Shown: piece by piece, positions 40,075 through 58,305 of the stretch
Layout: the number at the start of each line of letters is the position of its first letter
Position numbering within the stretch: the stretch's first letter is position 1
The notes under the pieces: generated by a model
The model's database searches: none
Seen by the model: the letters and a program-made list of their open reading frames with translations, nothing else
What the model was told of the DNA's origin: nothing
Source: Escherichia phage EC128
Length of the DNA stretch: 64,000 nucleotides
Sequence record: ON210139.1
Direction: 5' to 3' (one strand)
Translations under genes and position numbers: made by a program

Positions 40075-42054
40075 TTAACCTGCAAGACCAGTCAACTCAT
40101 CGAAATCTGCACCAGTAGCAGTCGCAACGAAGTTAAGTTGGATATAATTTATACTGCGTGCAGGTTGGATGTAGAATGTTGCAACAAACTCATTTCTATC
40201 AATTACTGACGGAGTGTTATTTGTTGTATCGCAAACTACACGATATTCATAAATTCCACCGAGAGCTTTAATTCCCTGTAAGTACTGGGCAGTTTCTGTG
40301 CGGAATGATGAACGAGTAAACGCATTGTTTAATTCGAACAAACGATATTTTGAACTACGTCCGATATTCGTTTTCAACATATTAAACAGACGACGAACGT
40401 TAATACGATCAAATGGAGAAGGAACAGAAGTAGCTGTTTTATCACCATACAATACGTAACCATCGCCACCTGTACCAGTTACCGGGTTGATAGCTTCTTG
40501 GTATAAACGGTCGCGCTGAGCCTGGCGAGTTTCAATAGCCAGTTTAATAACGTTAAGAATCTGACCACGATTATAACCAGCTGGAGACATCCAAGTCTGA
40601 GATACGTTATCAGTTCTTGCGCATAAACCAGCAATATCAGCTGCTAATGGAACCCAACGATTCACATCATTATATTTGTCATACTGATATTTGTAGTTAC
40701 CATCGATTGCTGCATAGGTTGAACTGATATTAAAGTTGTTATCAGTGTATGAACCTGCTGCAGTTCTCCAATTGACTAAGTTATCAACAGCACGAGTTAC
40801 AGGAATTCCAACTACAGTTTCACGCGGTGGTGAGCACAGTACTAAGCAATCTTGGCGAGCATCACCAATTGAAACGACGTGTTTTTGGACAGTAGATGCT
40901 GTTTCTAAAGATTCGCCGGCGCAAGAACCAGCAATAAACAATTGAACATCTACAGATTCACGGTCAGCAAAGAAGTCCCAAGCTTCCATCAAATCTCCTG
41001 CTGTTACTTCAGCATTTGATGATAATCCACCAGACAGAGTTAAAATTCCAGAGAAGCCTTCTGGCCAGTTTTGTGCAGTTGCAAAAATATATTCTGAACC
41101 ACCTTTTGCGAAAAAGTCATCGATATAGATGTTACTATCGTAAATATCTTTTTCACCACGCTTAGTTGAAAGAACAACGCTTTGAACAATAGCATCATTA
41201 CGACGAACTATAATAGCGTACTGTGAATCAGTTTGCGGTCCATATCCAAACACTGCCTTGGCAGTAGATGCACGAGTACCACCACCTGGATAAATTGGCA
41301 GTAATGCAGAAGCTCCTTTTGCATAGTCAGCTTTAGATACGATTTCAATTTCAATTTTATCGCCTAATTCGCCTGGATAAAGAGCTACTACTCCTGGAAT
41401 TCCGTATTTTTTAAGATTTGCTTGAAAGTCAACCGCTGTCATAGCAGCTTCAGCATTTTCAATTTCAGCTAATAAAATACCAGAATCAGTAATAATTTTT
41501 CCAAGAGTTATTACTGCGGCTAAACCAGAGGAAGACGAAGAAATTTCTGCAGTCCAGTTAGAACCTAATGTTGGGTATTCACCGACTTCTTTAGCTTTAG
41601 CGATAATTTTTGCAGTAGGAATATTAATTTTCTTAATTTTTCCATCTGCGTCTACTTCAGTAATTTTACCTTCAGTTTCAATATCATCTGAAACATATTT
41701 GACCGTGATTTTATCTCCAACTGCATAGTTACTACCTGGGGTAGAAATTGTGTATTCAATATTACCAGCAATCGGAGATGAGTTTTTAGCGGTATCTCTA
41801 TCAACAGCACGAACTACTCGTAAGTCATTTCCGTACTGTAAGAAATTCATCGCAGACATAAAATAGTCAGCAGTTTCAGCGGTTGGTTGACCAAAAGTAT
41901 TAACTAAATCTACTTCATTTGTAACCTGTTTAATCTGAAAAGCAGGACCCCACTGGAATTTACCGGCCAAAGCTGCTGTACCAGTAGAGTTATTAACCAC
42001 GGTGCTTTGAACCGTAGTTTCTTTGAGCTCAATGCCCGGAGATAATAAAGTCAT
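40075..42054 (-). CDS. 18: tail sheath protein gp18, 659 aa
   Basis: Length and sequence match T4 gp18. Confidence 0.97.
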   Translation of the reverse strand: MTLLSPGIELKETTVQSTVVNNSTGTAALAGKFQWGPAFQIKQVTNEVDLVNTFGQPTAETADYFMSAMNFLQYGNDLRVVRAVDRDTAKNSSPIAGNIEYTISTPGSNYAVGDKITVKYVSDDIETEGKITEVDADGKIKKINIPTAKIIAKAKEVGEYPTLGSNWTAEISSSSSGLAAVITLGKIITDSGILLAEIENAEAAMTAVDFQANLKKYGIPGVVALYPGELGDKIEIEIVSKADYAKGASALLPIYPGGGTRASTAKAVFGYGPQTDSQYAIIVRRNDAIVQSVVLSTKRGEKDIYDSNIYIDDFFAKGGSEYIFATAQNWPEGFSGILTLSGGLSSNAEVTAGDLMEAWDFFADRESVDVQLFIAGSCAGESLETASTVQKHVVSIGDARQDCLVLCSPPRETVVGIPVTRAVDNLVNWRTAAGSYTDNNFNISSTYAAIDGNYKYQYDKYNDVNRWVPLAADIAGLCARTDNVSQTWMSPAGYNRGQILNVIKLAIETRQAQRDRLYQEAINPVTGTGGDGYVLYGDKTATSVPSPFDRINVRRLFNMLKTNIGRSSKYRLFELNNAFTRSSFRTETAQYLQGIKALGGIYEYRVVCDTTNNTPSVIDRNEFVATFYIQPARSINYIQLNFVATATGADFDELTGLAG

Positions 42055-42082
42055 TTTTAATCCTCTTTAATATGCTTTAATA

Positions 42083-45223
<3,141 letters not shown>

Positions 45224-45264
45224 GACTTCTCCTAATCTGGGCTTTAATTAGTTTATAATATTTA

Positions 45265-47775
<2,511 letters not shown>

Positions 47776-47787
47776 TTAAAAATCCTT

Positions 47788-47805
47788 TGGGGCCTTGCGG
47801 CCCCA
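47788..47805 (-). terminator. candidate terminator hairpin after wac
   Basis: Stem GGGGCC-GCAA-GGCCCC (minus strand) directly after wac stop; T-run is offset by a few nt. Confidence 0.45.
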
Positions 47806-47807
47806 TG

Positions 47808-49259
47808 TTATGCTGGTGATAAAAAGGTAGAAAGTAATACCCATTCGCCGTCTTTACGAACGTAAGCTTGACCATCCTTTGGAGCTTCAGGAATATAACC
47901 TGCTTCCTGTAAAGTCTGAACATCCCCCTGTAATGAAGATACATTACTTTTAATACTACGCATTTCTTGATTAATAGAAGAAATGTTAGTTTCATTAGCT
48001 TTTATTGAATTAGTTAATCCGCGCTCTTCTACCGTTGAACCATTTGGATTTGTGCCGCTTACTAGTTTATTTAGTGTAACAACTTGGCCTTTAATTCCAG
48101 TAGTGTTATTACCAATTTCAACTTGTAAGTTTTGAACATCATTGTTCAGTCTATTAACTGAAGTTTCAACAGTTGAAACCCTATTTAAAAGAGACCCAGG
48201 AGGAGAAGGCTGACCTCCGCTAGAATCAGTTCCAACGATTTGGTTTAACCATGAAACGTTTGCTCGTAGTCCAGATGAAGTGTTTTCACCAACAATTCCA
48301 TTTAAAAACTCAATAGATGTGGTATTATCTTTAATTTGACCTTTAATACTAGAAGGAATATCATCTGAGCCAATTGACGTTTCAATGACAGTCAATCGCT
48401 GTTTAACGCCGCCACTTTTATTTAGTTCATCATTTAAAGCTGAAATTTCTTGACTATTGACATCTGTGATTATTGAAGTATTTCCTGGATATCCAATAGA
48501 AGTTTTGATAGATTTAATTTCGGAACTAAGATTAATCTGCGATTGATCTAAATTATGCATACGTGAATATATGCTTTCACTAAATGAAGATGGTCTTTGT
48601 CCAAGTTCTTGTCTAAGATTTCCAACTTCAATTGTCAGTGAACCTACATCAGATTCAATAAATTTTTCTTCCAAATCACTTAGACGTATTCCTTGGGAAG
48701 TTATAGCATCTGTATTATTAATGATACGGTGCTTCATACCCGTGCTGCTATTTCCTACAACAGGAAGACCATTAATATCTCGTCCAGCATATTGTCCTAA
48801 TTCCCTTTTAATCCACAGCAAATCATTTCTAATCGTTCTATAAACTGAATTTGCTTGCTCATTAAATGGACCTATATCAGAAAGAATGCGGTCAACTGTA
48901 GTATTTGTACCATTTAATATATCAGTGTGTTCATTTGTGAGTGTCTTTAAATTTGATATATCATTTTTATTAACGCTGATCTGCGATAGTGCTTCTATAT
49001 CTCCTGATACATCTAAAATGCCTTGAATTGTTTTAATATCTTCCTGCGATGTTTCAACGGCAGTTTTAAGAATTCCCACATTTTCATCAAGAACTTCGAC
49101 ATTTTTAAACACGGAAACAGTTGGTCTATTCATTGATCCATCGTTTCCATACTTAGTACTAGCTCCTAGTATTTCTTCACCATTTTTAATCCATGAAATA
49201 CGTTCCTGACCTTCGCCAGGAACGCTATCAACAAAAGGTAAATCTTTTAATTCAATCAT
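47808..49259 (-). CDS. wac: fibritin (whisker) Wac, 483 aa
   Basis: Coiled-coil repeats and C-terminal foldon [27 protein letters not shown]. Confidence 0.93.
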   Translation of the reverse strand: MIELKDLPFVDSVPGEGQERISWIKNGEEILGASTKYGNDGSMNRPTVSVFKNVEVLDENVGILKTAVETSQEDIKTIQGILDVSGDIEALSQISVNKNDISNLKTLTNEHTDILNGTNTTVDRILSDIGPFNEQANSVYRTIRNDLLWIKRELGQYAGRDINGLPVVGNSSTGMKHRIINNTDAITSQGIRLSDLEEKFIESDVGSLTIEVGNLRQELGQRPSSFSESIYSRMHNLDQSQINLSSEIKSIKTSIGYPGNTSIITDVNSQEISALNDELNKSGGVKQRLTVIETSIGSDDIPSSIKGQIKDNTTSIEFLNGIVGENTSSGLRANVSWLNQIVGTDSSGGQPSPPGSLLNRVSTVETSVNRLNNDVQNLQVEIGNNTTGIKGQVVTLNKLVSGTNPNGSTVEERGLTNSIKANETNISSINQEMRSIKSNVSSLQGDVQTLQEAGYIPEAPKDGQAYVRKDGEWVLLSTFLSPA

Positions 49260-49268
49260 TTGTAATCC

Positions 49269-50819
49269 TTAGTAATGAATTTTAATAATATAGTTTAATG
49301 ATATATTCCATGGTCTAGTTTCATAACCAATTAATCCTTCACGATTAAGTGTACCAAGGGCATCTCTCGGTCCACCTAATTCAAATCCATCATTGGTGAA
49401 GTATGAAGCGTTATCCCAGTCGGCATATTTTCTAGTTCCAAGATATCCTTGATAAACAGACGCGCCAAATGGACCTTCACTTCTGTTATATTCTCCCCAA
49501 CCACCAGCATGTTTATGGTATGACATTTGTTGTGCCTGAACGCCACCAACATGCATTCCGTCACATCCTACACCAAGTCTATCCTTCCCATAACCATCTT
49601 GTCCACGTTGATTTAAAATATGACCGCCCGTGCCAGCTCCTCTAACAAAAAGACCTCGCATATCAGGAATGCCAGGATTATTCCAATCACCACCAAATCT
49701 TGTTCCAACTGTGTTTCTATAATCAGGATATTGATCTCCTGACACGGTTCCACCATGACACATAATCCAACCAGGAGGAGCTGAATCTCCAGCAAACATC
49801 ATAATAGTTCCAACTGGAACCCTTTCGGACGCATATCTTTCAGTGGCAACAGGTTGATCGCCATTTTTCCACATTCCGCCGCGCGACCAAATTCCATTTG
49901 CTGTGAGATGATCTAAATTTAAAGAACCATTAATAGTTTGTCCACCACGAGTATTAATTACATCTGCGTTCCAGGCTAATGCCCCAGAGCTATCACCTTC
50001 AGGAGCAATACCAGCTTGCGTCGTTAATTTTACTACCCCACGCATAGAACCGGTAGCTCCTCGACCATTTAGTGTTTCACCTGTTACTGCAACATCCCCC
50101 AAATTATTATTAATTTCTGCTTGTGTTCCTAGACGTATAACACCCTTATATTCTTGTGTTGCAACAGAATTCATAAAGGTATACGGAGAAATTGCATATC
50201 CTTCGCGGAGAGTTCCTTGACGAGTTTGTGCAACAGTAGATAATTGAACTACTCCTCTCACAGATTCTGTTGCAGTGTCTTCTGAAGGAGCTATTTGTGA
50301 AATTAATTTTATTGCAAGTTTTTGGGTTTTCAGCGGAGTCATCGCCGTAGTATCATCGACACCAGCCAAAGCTGCAGGCGTAGATGATATTTTAATAACC
50401 CCGTTTGATGACTCAGACGAATATCTATTTTGGAACACATCATCAGTATAGTATTTCAGTTTTTGCGGTGTTATTGATGAATTATTATCTGAGCCTTCTA
50501 ATGTTTCTTCATTTGTTGAATAACGCGTTAAACCATATTTAGTTTCAGTAGCATTTGGATACAATAATCTTGTTGCTAATGTAGCTGGTGTAACGATTTT
50601 AGAATTATTTGTTCCATCTAAAACCTCTTGCTCTGATGCAATCATTGCTATTCCTTTAACTTCCATAGTTGCATCAGGAATACCATTTACGCCGATATTA
50701 CTTATTTTTGATAATGCAGACTGAACCGTCGTAACAGTGTCAGGAAAATTCGATCCCACTGGATCGAATTTAACATATTTTGATTCATTTGATACGTGCT
50801 GATATGTATTATTACTCAT
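49269..50819 (-). CDS. 12: short tail fibre gp12, 516 aa
   Basis: Position and overall similarity to T4 gp12 (about 527 aa in T4). Confidence 0.9.
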   Translation of the reverse strand: MSNNTYQHVSNESKYVKFDPVGSNFPDTVTTVQSALSKISNIGVNGIPDATMEVKGIAMIASEQEVLDGTNNSKIVTPATLATRLLYPNATETKYGLTRYSTNEETLEGSDNNSSITPQKLKYYTDDVFQNRYSSESSNGVIKISSTPAALAGVDDTTAMTPLKTQKLAIKLISQIAPSEDTATESVRGVVQLSTVAQTRQGTLREGYAISPYTFMNSVATQEYKGVIRLGTQAEINNNLGDVAVTGETLNGRGATGSMRGVVKLTTQAGIAPEGDSSGALAWNADVINTRGGQTINGSLNLDHLTANGIWSRGGMWKNGDQPVATERYASERVPVGTIMMFAGDSAPPGWIMCHGGTVSGDQYPDYRNTVGTRFGGDWNNPGIPDMRGLFVRGAGTGGHILNQRGQDGYGKDRLGVGCDGMHVGGVQAQQMSYHKHAGGWGEYNRSEGPFGASVYQGYLGTRKYADWDNASYFTNDGFELGGPRDALGTLNREGLIGYETRPWNISLNYIIKIHY

Positions 50820-51475
50820 GCTATTCTCTCAAAATAATAAAATACTGTAGGTTGTGTGTGACTATCTAACGTGACAGTTTGCGCACCTAATAATTGCCAA
50901 GTTCCATATCCAGGTTTAGAAGGAGAAATTATTTCTTGTTTGAAAGTAATTCCTTTATCAGAGTATTGCTCTAAGATATGTTCTTGGTTATCTAAATACT
51001 TAACTTGTATTTTATTTCCTATGGTAGGATGGTCTTCAAATGAATCAATTGCAATAAATTTTGCAACCATTTCCTGCAGAGCTGTTCTAACGGCACTGGT
51101 AAATTCTATTGAAGTCATTCCATTAGTAGCTTTAACAGGAATGCCAAACATGTTAACAATAACTGGGTCACCTGGTTTGGCTGAAGTATCATTGACAGTT
51201 CCTTCAAATGACCAATAGTCTGTTTGCTGCACGCCAGTAGGAGATACGCCACTTATATTAACTAATACAGCTCCAACCTGTTGCTCTGCCATATTTCTAA
51301 CATCATTAATAGCAGATTCTACATTTGGGTCATAAAACCCTTTTGCTATTTGTGAAATTGTTACAGCACCTACTGGCTGATTATTCATAACCGAAATATC
51401 ATTTTTCTTAGTTCTAAAACCAAGAAAATCTGCTAAGCGGGAAATAACTCCCGCTTTATTATTAAGTAAACTCAT
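50816..51475 (-). CDS. 11: baseplate wedge protein gp11, 219 aa
   Basis: [20 protein letters not shown]..; ATG at 51475 (TAATG overlap with gene 10 stop) chosen over track TTG start. Confidence 0.9.
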   Translation of the reverse strand: MSLLNNKAGVISRLADFLGFRTKKNDISVMNNQPVGAVTISQIAKGFYDPNVESAINDVRNMAEQQVGAVLVNISGVSPTGVQQTDYWSFEGTVNDTSAKPGDPVIVNMFGIPVKATNGMTSIEFTSAVRTALQEMVAKFIAIDSFEDHPTIGNKIQVKYLDNQEHILEQYSDKGITFKQEIISPSKPGYGTWQLLGAQTVTLDSHTQPTVFYYFERIA

Positions 51476-53280
51476 TATGCAATCCTTATCCAACGGTATA
51501 CAGTAATAGACGGTTGAATATTACTAATATTAGCAGGAGGAGTATGTGAAGAGTTTGTTGTTGCGTAGTCTTCACGATATTTTGTATATATAGGACCAGT
51601 TTCATCTGGGTCATATTGGCAACCTCCAATAATAACTGATCCGTTTTCGTCTTCAATTAAAACTCTTTCGTCGGTTTTAGTTGCAGGAAGATTTGCATTC
51701 TCAAGTGTCACTGTTGTTGTTCCAACTGTTCCACCGGCAGTATGTGAAGGATTTCCGCTAGAATCTAAATCATTATTGTTTAATGCAAAGTTTGGATCTG
51801 TAACATCATCATTCCATCCTACTAAAACCTGCCCTTTACCAAATAATTTCCATGAACCAAATCCCATATAAGTCACTGGATTATTTGGATTTATAGCATT
51901 TTCATAAATTGAACCAACAGGATAAATGCTGTCGAAAATAGATGATATTGAATTATACGTTCTAGTATAAGAATCAACTTTTTCAACATTTGGCCAACCG
52001 ATTTTATCAAAATCTGTTAAGGCCACATCACCAGTAACTTCAGTAGATGATCCTTTACTAACATAACGGTCATCAGTCAATTCAATGATGTCATCTTTTT
52101 CTAAAAGAGTTCCTAAATCATTATTGAACCATGTTATAACGATAATGTCACCGGATTCAAATTTTCTATCAAATAAAAGACTGATAGGTTTTCCGTCTTC
52201 ATATTCTATAGAATAATCGGTGTTTGATTCTTTCCATTCGCCGCCAAGAGATATACATCCTTCTTGCGTATCTGAATTAGCACCTTCGCACAAAAACAGA
52301 GGATATCCAGCTGTTCCAGCCTGTTGCTGTAAAATTCCATTAAAACGAACCTCAAGGGAATTAGGATTAATGGGTTCACCAGGAATTAATCCAAATGCAG
52401 AAAATGGAATTGATTTCATCGCCGATAAATCAGTAACGTAAATACTTCCTTCTAATGAAGTCTTTGATGTTAGTTTTGAATCTAGTACTTTTATTTGGCG
52501 TCTTGTATATGAACTTCTCCATTGTGATACACCATCCATAAATGTTTCAATTTGAACGGTGTCACCAATATTACAAGGCTGTCTTAATCGAATATTAAAT
52601 CCATCAAGAGGAACTAATTCGCCTTCATTTTCGCCCGGAGAGCCAAAGTCACTGTTTTCGCTAAATACGTCGCCGTAATACAATTCGTTACCACGATGTT
52701 TTACTCTGATGTTATTGACATTATAACTAGTTCCATTGAAAACATCTAAAAAGTCAGTTTGTCCTTGAACTTCAACTAAAAATTCTTTGCGAGCTACATT
52801 ACTAATATCTGAACTAACAATTTTGTCAATTTGTTTGTTTTTGACATATTCCCAACGTCCTGGAGCGCAATAAACGAGCTCTAAATCACTAAATTGAATA
52901 TTAATTTCAACTGACGATGACGACCCTTTAATCGTATCTCCGGAAGCAGCTACTAGTGTAACTGGGTTGACGTTCCATGTAGCAAATACGTCTCTAGCTC
53001 TAATTACCTTGTTGTAATCATTAACAGTTCCTTTAGGAAGTTGTAGAGTTACTCTTCCAGACGAAGTATTAATGGCATATGATTTTCCCCATTCTGCCGT
53101 TAGTGTTTGTCCAGATGAAGCATCATAAGTTTTCCAGGCACCGGCTGAATATGGAACATCTCCATCACCAAGTTCATAATAAAGTTCATCAAAGTTTTCA
53201 TTTATTTTTATACCACCTTTACGCAGGTAGTCACCGGTACCATCATCAACAACATTACCGATATTAATATTTTGTTTCAT
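51475..53280 (-). CDS. 10: baseplate wedge protein gp10, 601 aa
   Basis: Length and position as T4 gp10. Confidence 0.92.
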   Translation of the reverse strand: MKQNINIGNVVDDGTGDYLRKGGIKINENFDELYYELGDGDVPYSAGAWKTYDASSGQTLTAEWGKSYAINTSSGRVTLQLPKGTVNDYNKVIRARDVFATWNVNPVTLVAASGDTIKGSSSSVEINIQFSDLELVYCAPGRWEYVKNKQIDKIVSSDISNVARKEFLVEVQGQTDFLDVFNGTSYNVNNIRVKHRGNELYYGDVFSENSDFGSPGENEGELVPLDGFNIRLRQPCNIGDTVQIETFMDGVSQWRSSYTRRQIKVLDSKLTSKTSLEGSIYVTDLSAMKSIPFSAFGLIPGEPINPNSLEVRFNGILQQQAGTAGYPLFLCEGANSDTQEGCISLGGEWKESNTDYSIEYEDGKPISLLFDRKFESGDIIVITWFNNDLGTLLEKDDIIELTDDRYVSKGSSTEVTGDVALTDFDKIGWPNVEKVDSYTRTYNSISSIFDSIYPVGSIYENAINPNNPVTYMGFGSWKLFGKGQVLVGWNDDVTDPNFALNNNDLDSSGNPSHTAGGTVGTTTVTLENANLPATKTDERVLIEDENGSVIIGGCQYDPDETGPIYTKYREDYATTNSSHTPPANISNIQPSITVYRWIRIA

Positions 53281-54146
53281 TATTGAGCCACCCCGATTTT
53301 CTGCGTAGCGATAACTTTAACTGCTGCTCTCATACCGACAGTTGAAGAACTTATAGTCGCCGTTACATAATTTTCTTTAATACTAAATGCAATATTAGCG
53401 ATTTCGTCTTCTTCGGTTTCATTCCCAACCCGCATGACAGCATATTCAGAAGAAATGACCGTTGAATTAACAGTATCTACAAGAATATTTATTTCTGCTG
53501 TTTTAATTTTTCTTCCATCTACCGATTGGCATGTAACTAGTAATTTAGCCATATTGTATTCAGTGCGATGAAATAGTGGAATATCAACTGATCCAGATGT
53601 AGAAATATTCCATGTACCTTCAGCTGGTGATTCCTTTTGGCCAAACATGCTTTCAATAGAATAATTCCAAACTGACGTAGAATTATCAGATGAAATACAA
53701 CGTAAAGTAACTTTACTATATGGGCTAGTTACTACCAAATTACCTGAAACACCTTTAATTGAATCAATTGCTTGAATTGTTAAAGGATTAGTAACTGATA
53801 TCGATCCGTTAGAATTAATGAATTCAACACAGTCACCGAGTTCTCCTCTTTCAATGATAACTTTAACACCAACAGTAGAGGTATCAATATCATGTCTAGT
53901 ACCAACTTTCACCGGAGTTGCGTACTCTGTGATAGAATGCTTTTGATAATATCCAGTAGCATGGATAATTTGGCCGTCAGCACCAGTACCATTTGCTACT
54001 GCCATTTTACGCTGATCGCCAAACGCGTTATAAATTGCATTAAAATCACTATTAATTTTATTACCACCGTCGAATAAGATATCACCAGTAGAAGCGTTAC
54101 CAATTTCGCCGGTATCAATCAATTTCTTTGGTTCTTGAATGAACAT
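53280..54146 (-). CDS. 9: baseplate wedge / long tail fibre socket protein gp9, 288 aa
   Basis: Length and position as T4 gp9. Confidence 0.92.
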   Translation of the reverse strand: MFIQEPKKLIDTGEIGNASTGDILFDGGNKINSDFNAIYNAFGDQRKMAVANGTGADGQIIHATGYYQKHSITEYATPVKVGTRHDIDTSTVGVKVIIERGELGDCVEFINSNGSISVTNPLTIQAIDSIKGVSGNLVVTSPYSKVTLRCISSDNSTSVWNYSIESMFGQKESPAEGTWNISTSGSVDIPLFHRTEYNMAKLLVTCQSVDGRKIKTAEINILVDTVNSTVISSEYAVMRVGNETEEDEIANIAFSIKENYVTATISSSTVGMRAAVKVIATQKIGVAQ

Positions 54147-54170
54147 AGCGGTTTCCTTATGAGTTTATAG

Positions 54171-54178
54171 TATTTATA
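54171..54178 (-). promoter_or_regulatory. candidate late promoter for gene 9
   Basis: TATAAATA on minus strand about 25 nt upstream of gene 9 ATG. Confidence 0.5.
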
Positions 54179-54186
54179 AAGAAAAA

Positions 54187-54204
54187 GGGAGCCCATGGGC
54201 TCCC
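54187..54204 (-). terminator. terminator hairpin after gene 8
   Basis: Perfect palindrome GGGAGCCCATGGGCTCCC followed on minus strand by CTTTTTCTTT. Confidence 0.55.
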
Positions 54205-54209
54205 TTAAT

Positions 54210-55214
54210 TTAAAATGTAAACAGAATATTGATTTCTTCTGTTTGATCCATTGCCATAATAATAGGTGGCCTATTTTCCATATAAATCATTTCGCCCGAA
54301 TGCCTCATTAAATCTTCCGGATCATAGTAATCCTTTTCAGCTTTAACGTTTGGGTCATTTGGATGAGCTTTAGCTTCAAGAGGATTCGTGATTATTGATA
54401 TTTGTCTAAATCCTTTATTTCCTGGCAATGCAGCTTCAGGAAAATAAACTGAATCTAAGTATGCTTTAAAACGAATAGTATTTGCCTTAACCCGGTAAAT
54501 TAATCCAAAATCATCTTGCTGCCAAGTGAGGTTATCTTCATACCCCCATCTAGTCGGGTCTTCTTTTAATTCCTCGGGCCAAGGAACCACGATATATTCA
54601 TTCGTGCATCTGTTTATAGATACATCAGGCGGAATCTCAAAAAGATATTCCCATACATACCCGTCTCCAGGTTCGATTGTTCCTTCCGCGTCTCCTCGAC
54701 CTTCAGGAGGAGTCATTGACCTAACAGAAGGAGTCCATTTTCCACCTAACTTAAGGCATTCATCCTTATTAGTTAAAGACTCAATTGAGCACATTCCGGT
54801 ATCAGGAACATCTAAACAACGATATACTAACCAGCCTGCGCCTGATTCGGTAGCGTTGTAAGGAGCTGAGTTACACACTACAATATCGTTAATTCTAAAT
54901 GTGTATGGATCCGGATATCTAGTATCTCCCCAATCTCTGCGAGGAATAACAGCATCAAGCATTGATGGAAGAACTTTTACTGTTCCCATCATATGAGTCC
55001 ACATGTCAGTTACACCTAATACAGAATCGGTAGGATAAGGTGGGGCAAAGCCCACCTCATTTTCATTTGATGACCACGGTTCTGATCTTCCAAATGTGAT
55101 AAAGATAGTGTTTTTATCCGGACCACTTCCAATTGAATTATAAAAATTCAACATTTTTTCTGTTCTAAATTTTGAAGTAACTATCGCACGATAGATAACA
55201 CTTGAATCATTCAT
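54210..55214 (-). CDS. 8: baseplate wedge protein gp8, 334 aa
   Basis: Length and position as T4 gp8. Confidence 0.92.
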   Translation of the reverse strand: MNDSSVIYRAIVTSKFRTEKMLNFYNSIGSGPDKNTIFITFGRSEPWSSNENEVGFAPPYPTDSVLGVTDMWTHMMGTVKVLPSMLDAVIPRRDWGDTRYPDPYTFRINDIVVCNSAPYNATESGAGWLVYRCLDVPDTGMCSIESLTNKDECLKLGGKWTPSVRSMTPPEGRGDAEGTIEPGDGYVWEYLFEIPPDVSINRCTNEYIVVPWPEELKEDPTRWGYEDNLTWQQDDFGLIYRVKANTIRFKAYLDSVYFPEAALPGNKGFRQISIITNPLEAKAHPNDPNVKAEKDYYDPEDLMRHSGEMIYMENRPPIIMAMDQTEEINILFTF

Positions 55215-58200
55215 CTATTTTAACCTGTGTTGGATTTTCAGGGTCTCTTGGATTTCCTATATTATCTTTTAGACGTTTATTAACTAAATCTCTAAATTGC
55301 GCAAATGTTGTTCCAGATGCATCAAATAAAGGACTCATTAATTTACGTCGTTCAGACGGCAATTGACCTTGAAATATTGAATTATTATTTTCAGCATTAT
55401 AGTCATCAGGAAGAGGATATTCTACACCAGCCATTGGGCCAGGCTCATAAATTGCTTCGCCTGTTACCGAATCATGCTCAATTTCACCAGTTGGAGTCAA
55501 TTTAGCTACTCTATCAGCATATTCAGTAGGCAATCCAGAATCCCATTTATAGTTTTTGTATTTATTAATTATAGTCTCTGTGTGTTTAAGAGTTAAACCA
55601 ACATTAATAAACATCGTTAAAAGGGTAATTGCTATAAATCCAAATCCTACTGGATGAACAAAACGAATAACGTCAGATTTCCAACGAGAAGAAGGTAAAT
55701 TGGATTTAATTTTCATTACATAATATGATCGACTTCTATTAATATAGTCTATATTATTTTGAAGCAAATCCTTTCCTTTAACCCCACGAATAATTTCGCC
55801 TTCAAAACTAGGAAGTCTTTCTGCTTTAACTTCTTGACCAGCAATTAATCGTCCCAAAAGATTATGAATAGTTACGGTCCATTGCAATTTACCATTAGAA
55901 TAGCTTCTTTCTATATAAGTAACATTACATCTTCCTGTAGCTGTATAAATCGTTTGTCCTACTAAGTCTTCTGTCAAAGAATCAGATTGAACGATTATAT
56001 CATATTCAGTACCAGCCCCAGATTCAATTTCAATTTCAACTTCTTCATTATAAAGAACTTTAAAAAGAAATTTGTATGATGCTTCAATTCCTTTAGTAGA
56101 ATAAAAATCATAGCTACGTGATTCAAAAAATCTTGCAACAGCATCACGTTTGTCAGCATTTAAATAAATGTTTCTTTTATATATCTCTGACCACAAATAT
56201 TCCCATGCATGCTCTTCTCGTGGATATTGGTTACGAATTAAATTTCGTAAATTATTATACTGAGTTCCATATCCATCAGAAAGATACTGAATATATGCTT
56301 CGCAAAATGCCTCAAAATTAGAATCCTGTAGCAAATAAGAATCAGGCATCATTGTGCCAATCAATGGTCTTAAATCAGGATCAGCTAATCCATGCTCTTC
56401 TTCCGGGGACCAAGGAGTTTCACGCTCTTGGTTTTGTAAAAATGCTTTTAAAAATATTCCAGTTGGCTTCCAAATTATTTCAACCGTGTCTCTCACTCGA
56501 TAGTTAAAATCATAGTAAGAAATTATTTCACCAGAAGATTTATAAAAAAGCATCCCAGACGCATATTTTTTAAATCCTGTGAATTTAACATTTGGCATTA
56601 CTATCGTACAATCACCATCATCCCAGTATTCATGAACTAATCTATCTGGCGATGTTTCCGGAATATTTTCTATAACTTTGGTGTATTTTAAATCAGCATA
56701 AACTACTACAGCTCTATCAGAGTTGTTTATCCAACAACGTGTGTTAGATTTTTTAGACCAGTTAAAGAATGGTTCAGCATAATATTTCATTGGTTGCGGA
56801 GCAAAGGTTTCCCAATCAGACTTTTCATCTGCTATAAATGCCATCATATGATAATGCTTATCAGCTAACCATTCACGAGGAAATTCATATTTAACAGCAC
56901 CGATTAACTGATATTTCGCTGCAGTTTCAGGGTCATTAACAATGTTATCACTTAAAAATTTAAAATTACTCGAAGATAGAGAAACTAATTTACCGTCAGT
57001 TGACATATTCGCATATCCAGGTTGAATACGTCTTCTTTCTTCTTCAGTGTTGCCAAAAACTCTTTTCCACGTTTTTGTATCATGATTTAAAACGTATATT
57101 CCTTTATCATCAGAATCAATTATTTTTGATGTTCTAGGATTAGCATTTAATGTTTCAACTTCACCAATAATAAGAGCAAAAACTTTATCACCGATAGAAT
57201 CCATTTTATAGCATACTGCTTTAGGATTTCCGGTTATAGTCATTGTATCAGGTTCAAAAAGTCTTTCCGAATATGTTGGAGATAATGGATCAGAATCTAT
57301 AGGTGCATTACTCGTTTTTATGTATCTAACTTTGTCTCTGGCGACAACGTAAATGTAATCATCGGTGCAAGTAATAGCTTCAGCTATACGATACACATTT
57401 GCAGGTAATGTAGCATAAGTACCAAAGATTTCAACATCAAATCCCAAATGAAGTTGACCACCAAGTTTAGCGAATGTTATATCCTGCGAACTAAATCTGA
57501 CATCATCAGCTGACCATCTAACATCAGTAGATTTGCGGCCATAGAAAATCTTGTCGTATCCTAGAACGTATGTTGTGCTCGCAGATTGGTAATATACAGT
57601 CTTAGATAAAGGATATCCTACACGGTCATTGAAGAGCTTTACAGCTTTCCAGGTTTGACCTTTATCATTGGATACTTTAACTACAGGTTGATAACGCTCA
57701 AAAAGATATAGAATCCCTTCTGATTCCATCAAATAAACTCGATTAATATCCTTACATACTTGCTGAATAGAACCTTGTATTTCATGATACTCATTTTCAC
57801 CAATAATAAAATTACTTATTGATGAAACATCAGCATATGATGGGCTGAATTGGAATGATTCATTCATCAATGCAGCCATTATAGTGTCATTATTAAAATT
57901 AACATAGTCAGAATTATTAAGAGTAAATTTTTCCTGAATGAATTTATTAGCTAATTGCATTTCAATCATGTTTTGAAATGTATAAGCGTTTGTAGCAAAA
58001 GTTTCAAACTCTTCGGTATAAATCCAATCAGACTGCTCAAAATCCTGTGCAGCTGTAGCTACTCTAATAATGTACGATGTCAATGGATTAGCATTATCAA
58101 AAAAGAAGCTGTTATTTGCAGTATATCCTAAGTTAATCCATCTGTATTGATTACTCGGGAGATTTTCCCCCGAGTTTGTTTTTGTCTCAGCGATTTCTAC

Positions 58201-58305
58201 AAAATAGTAGAAATTAGCACCAACGTCATCCCAGCGTACTTGCACCTGATTTGCGGATAACTTGGAAATTCTGAGACTAGTGACTGAAGGTGCTTTTACT
58301 GTCAT
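55207..58305 (-). CDS. 7: baseplate wedge protein gp7, 1032 aa
   Basis: Length and position as T4 gp7. Confidence 0.95.
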   Translation of the reverse strand: MTVKAPSVTSLRISKLSANQVQVRWDDVGANFYYFVEIAETKTNSGENLPSNQYRWINLGYTANNSFFFDNANPLTSYIIRVATAAQDFEQSDWIYTEEFETFATNAYTFQNMIEMQLANKFIQEKFTLNNSDYVNFNNDTIMAALMNESFQFSPSYADVSSISNFIIGENEYHEIQGSIQQVCKDINRVYLMESEGILYLFERYQPVVKVSNDKGQTWKAVKLFNDRVGYPLSKTVYYQSASTTYVLGYDKIFYGRKSTDVRWSADDVRFSSQDITFAKLGGQLHLGFDVEIFGTYATLPANVYRIAEAITCTDDYIYVVARDKVRYIKTSNAPIDSDPLSPTYSERLFEPDTMTITGNPKAVCYKMDSIGDKVFALIIGEVETLNANPRTSKIIDSDDKGIYVLNHDTKTWKRVFGNTEEERRRIQPGYANMSTDGKLVSLSSSNFKFLSDNIVNDPETAAKYQLIGAVKYEFPREWLADKHYHMMAFIADEKSDWETFAPQPMKYYAEPFFNWSKKSNTRCWINNSDRAVVVYADLKYTKVIENIPETSPDRLVHEYWDDGDCTIVMPNVKFTGFKKYASGMLFYKSSGEIISYYDFNYRVRDTVEIIWKPTGIFLKAFLQNQERETPWSPEEEHGLADPDLRPLIGTMMPDSYLLQDSNFEAFCEAYIQYLSDGYGTQYNNLRNLIRNQYPREEHAWEYLWSEIYKRNIYLNADKRDAVARFFESRSYDFYSTKGIEASYKFLFKVLYNEEVEIEIESGAGTEYDIIVQSDSLTEDLVGQTIYTATGRCNVTYIERSYSNGKLQWTVTIHNLLGRLIAGQEVKAERLPSFEGEIIRGVKGKDLLQNNIDYINRSRSYYVMKIKSNLPSSRWKSDVIRFVHPVGFGFIAITLLTMFINVGLTLKHTETIINKYKNYKWDSGLPTEYADRVAKLTPTGEIEHDSVTGEAIYEPGPMAGVEYPLPDDYNAENNNSIFQGQLPSERRKLMSPLFDASGTTFAQFRDLVNKRLKDNIGNPRDPENPTQVKIDE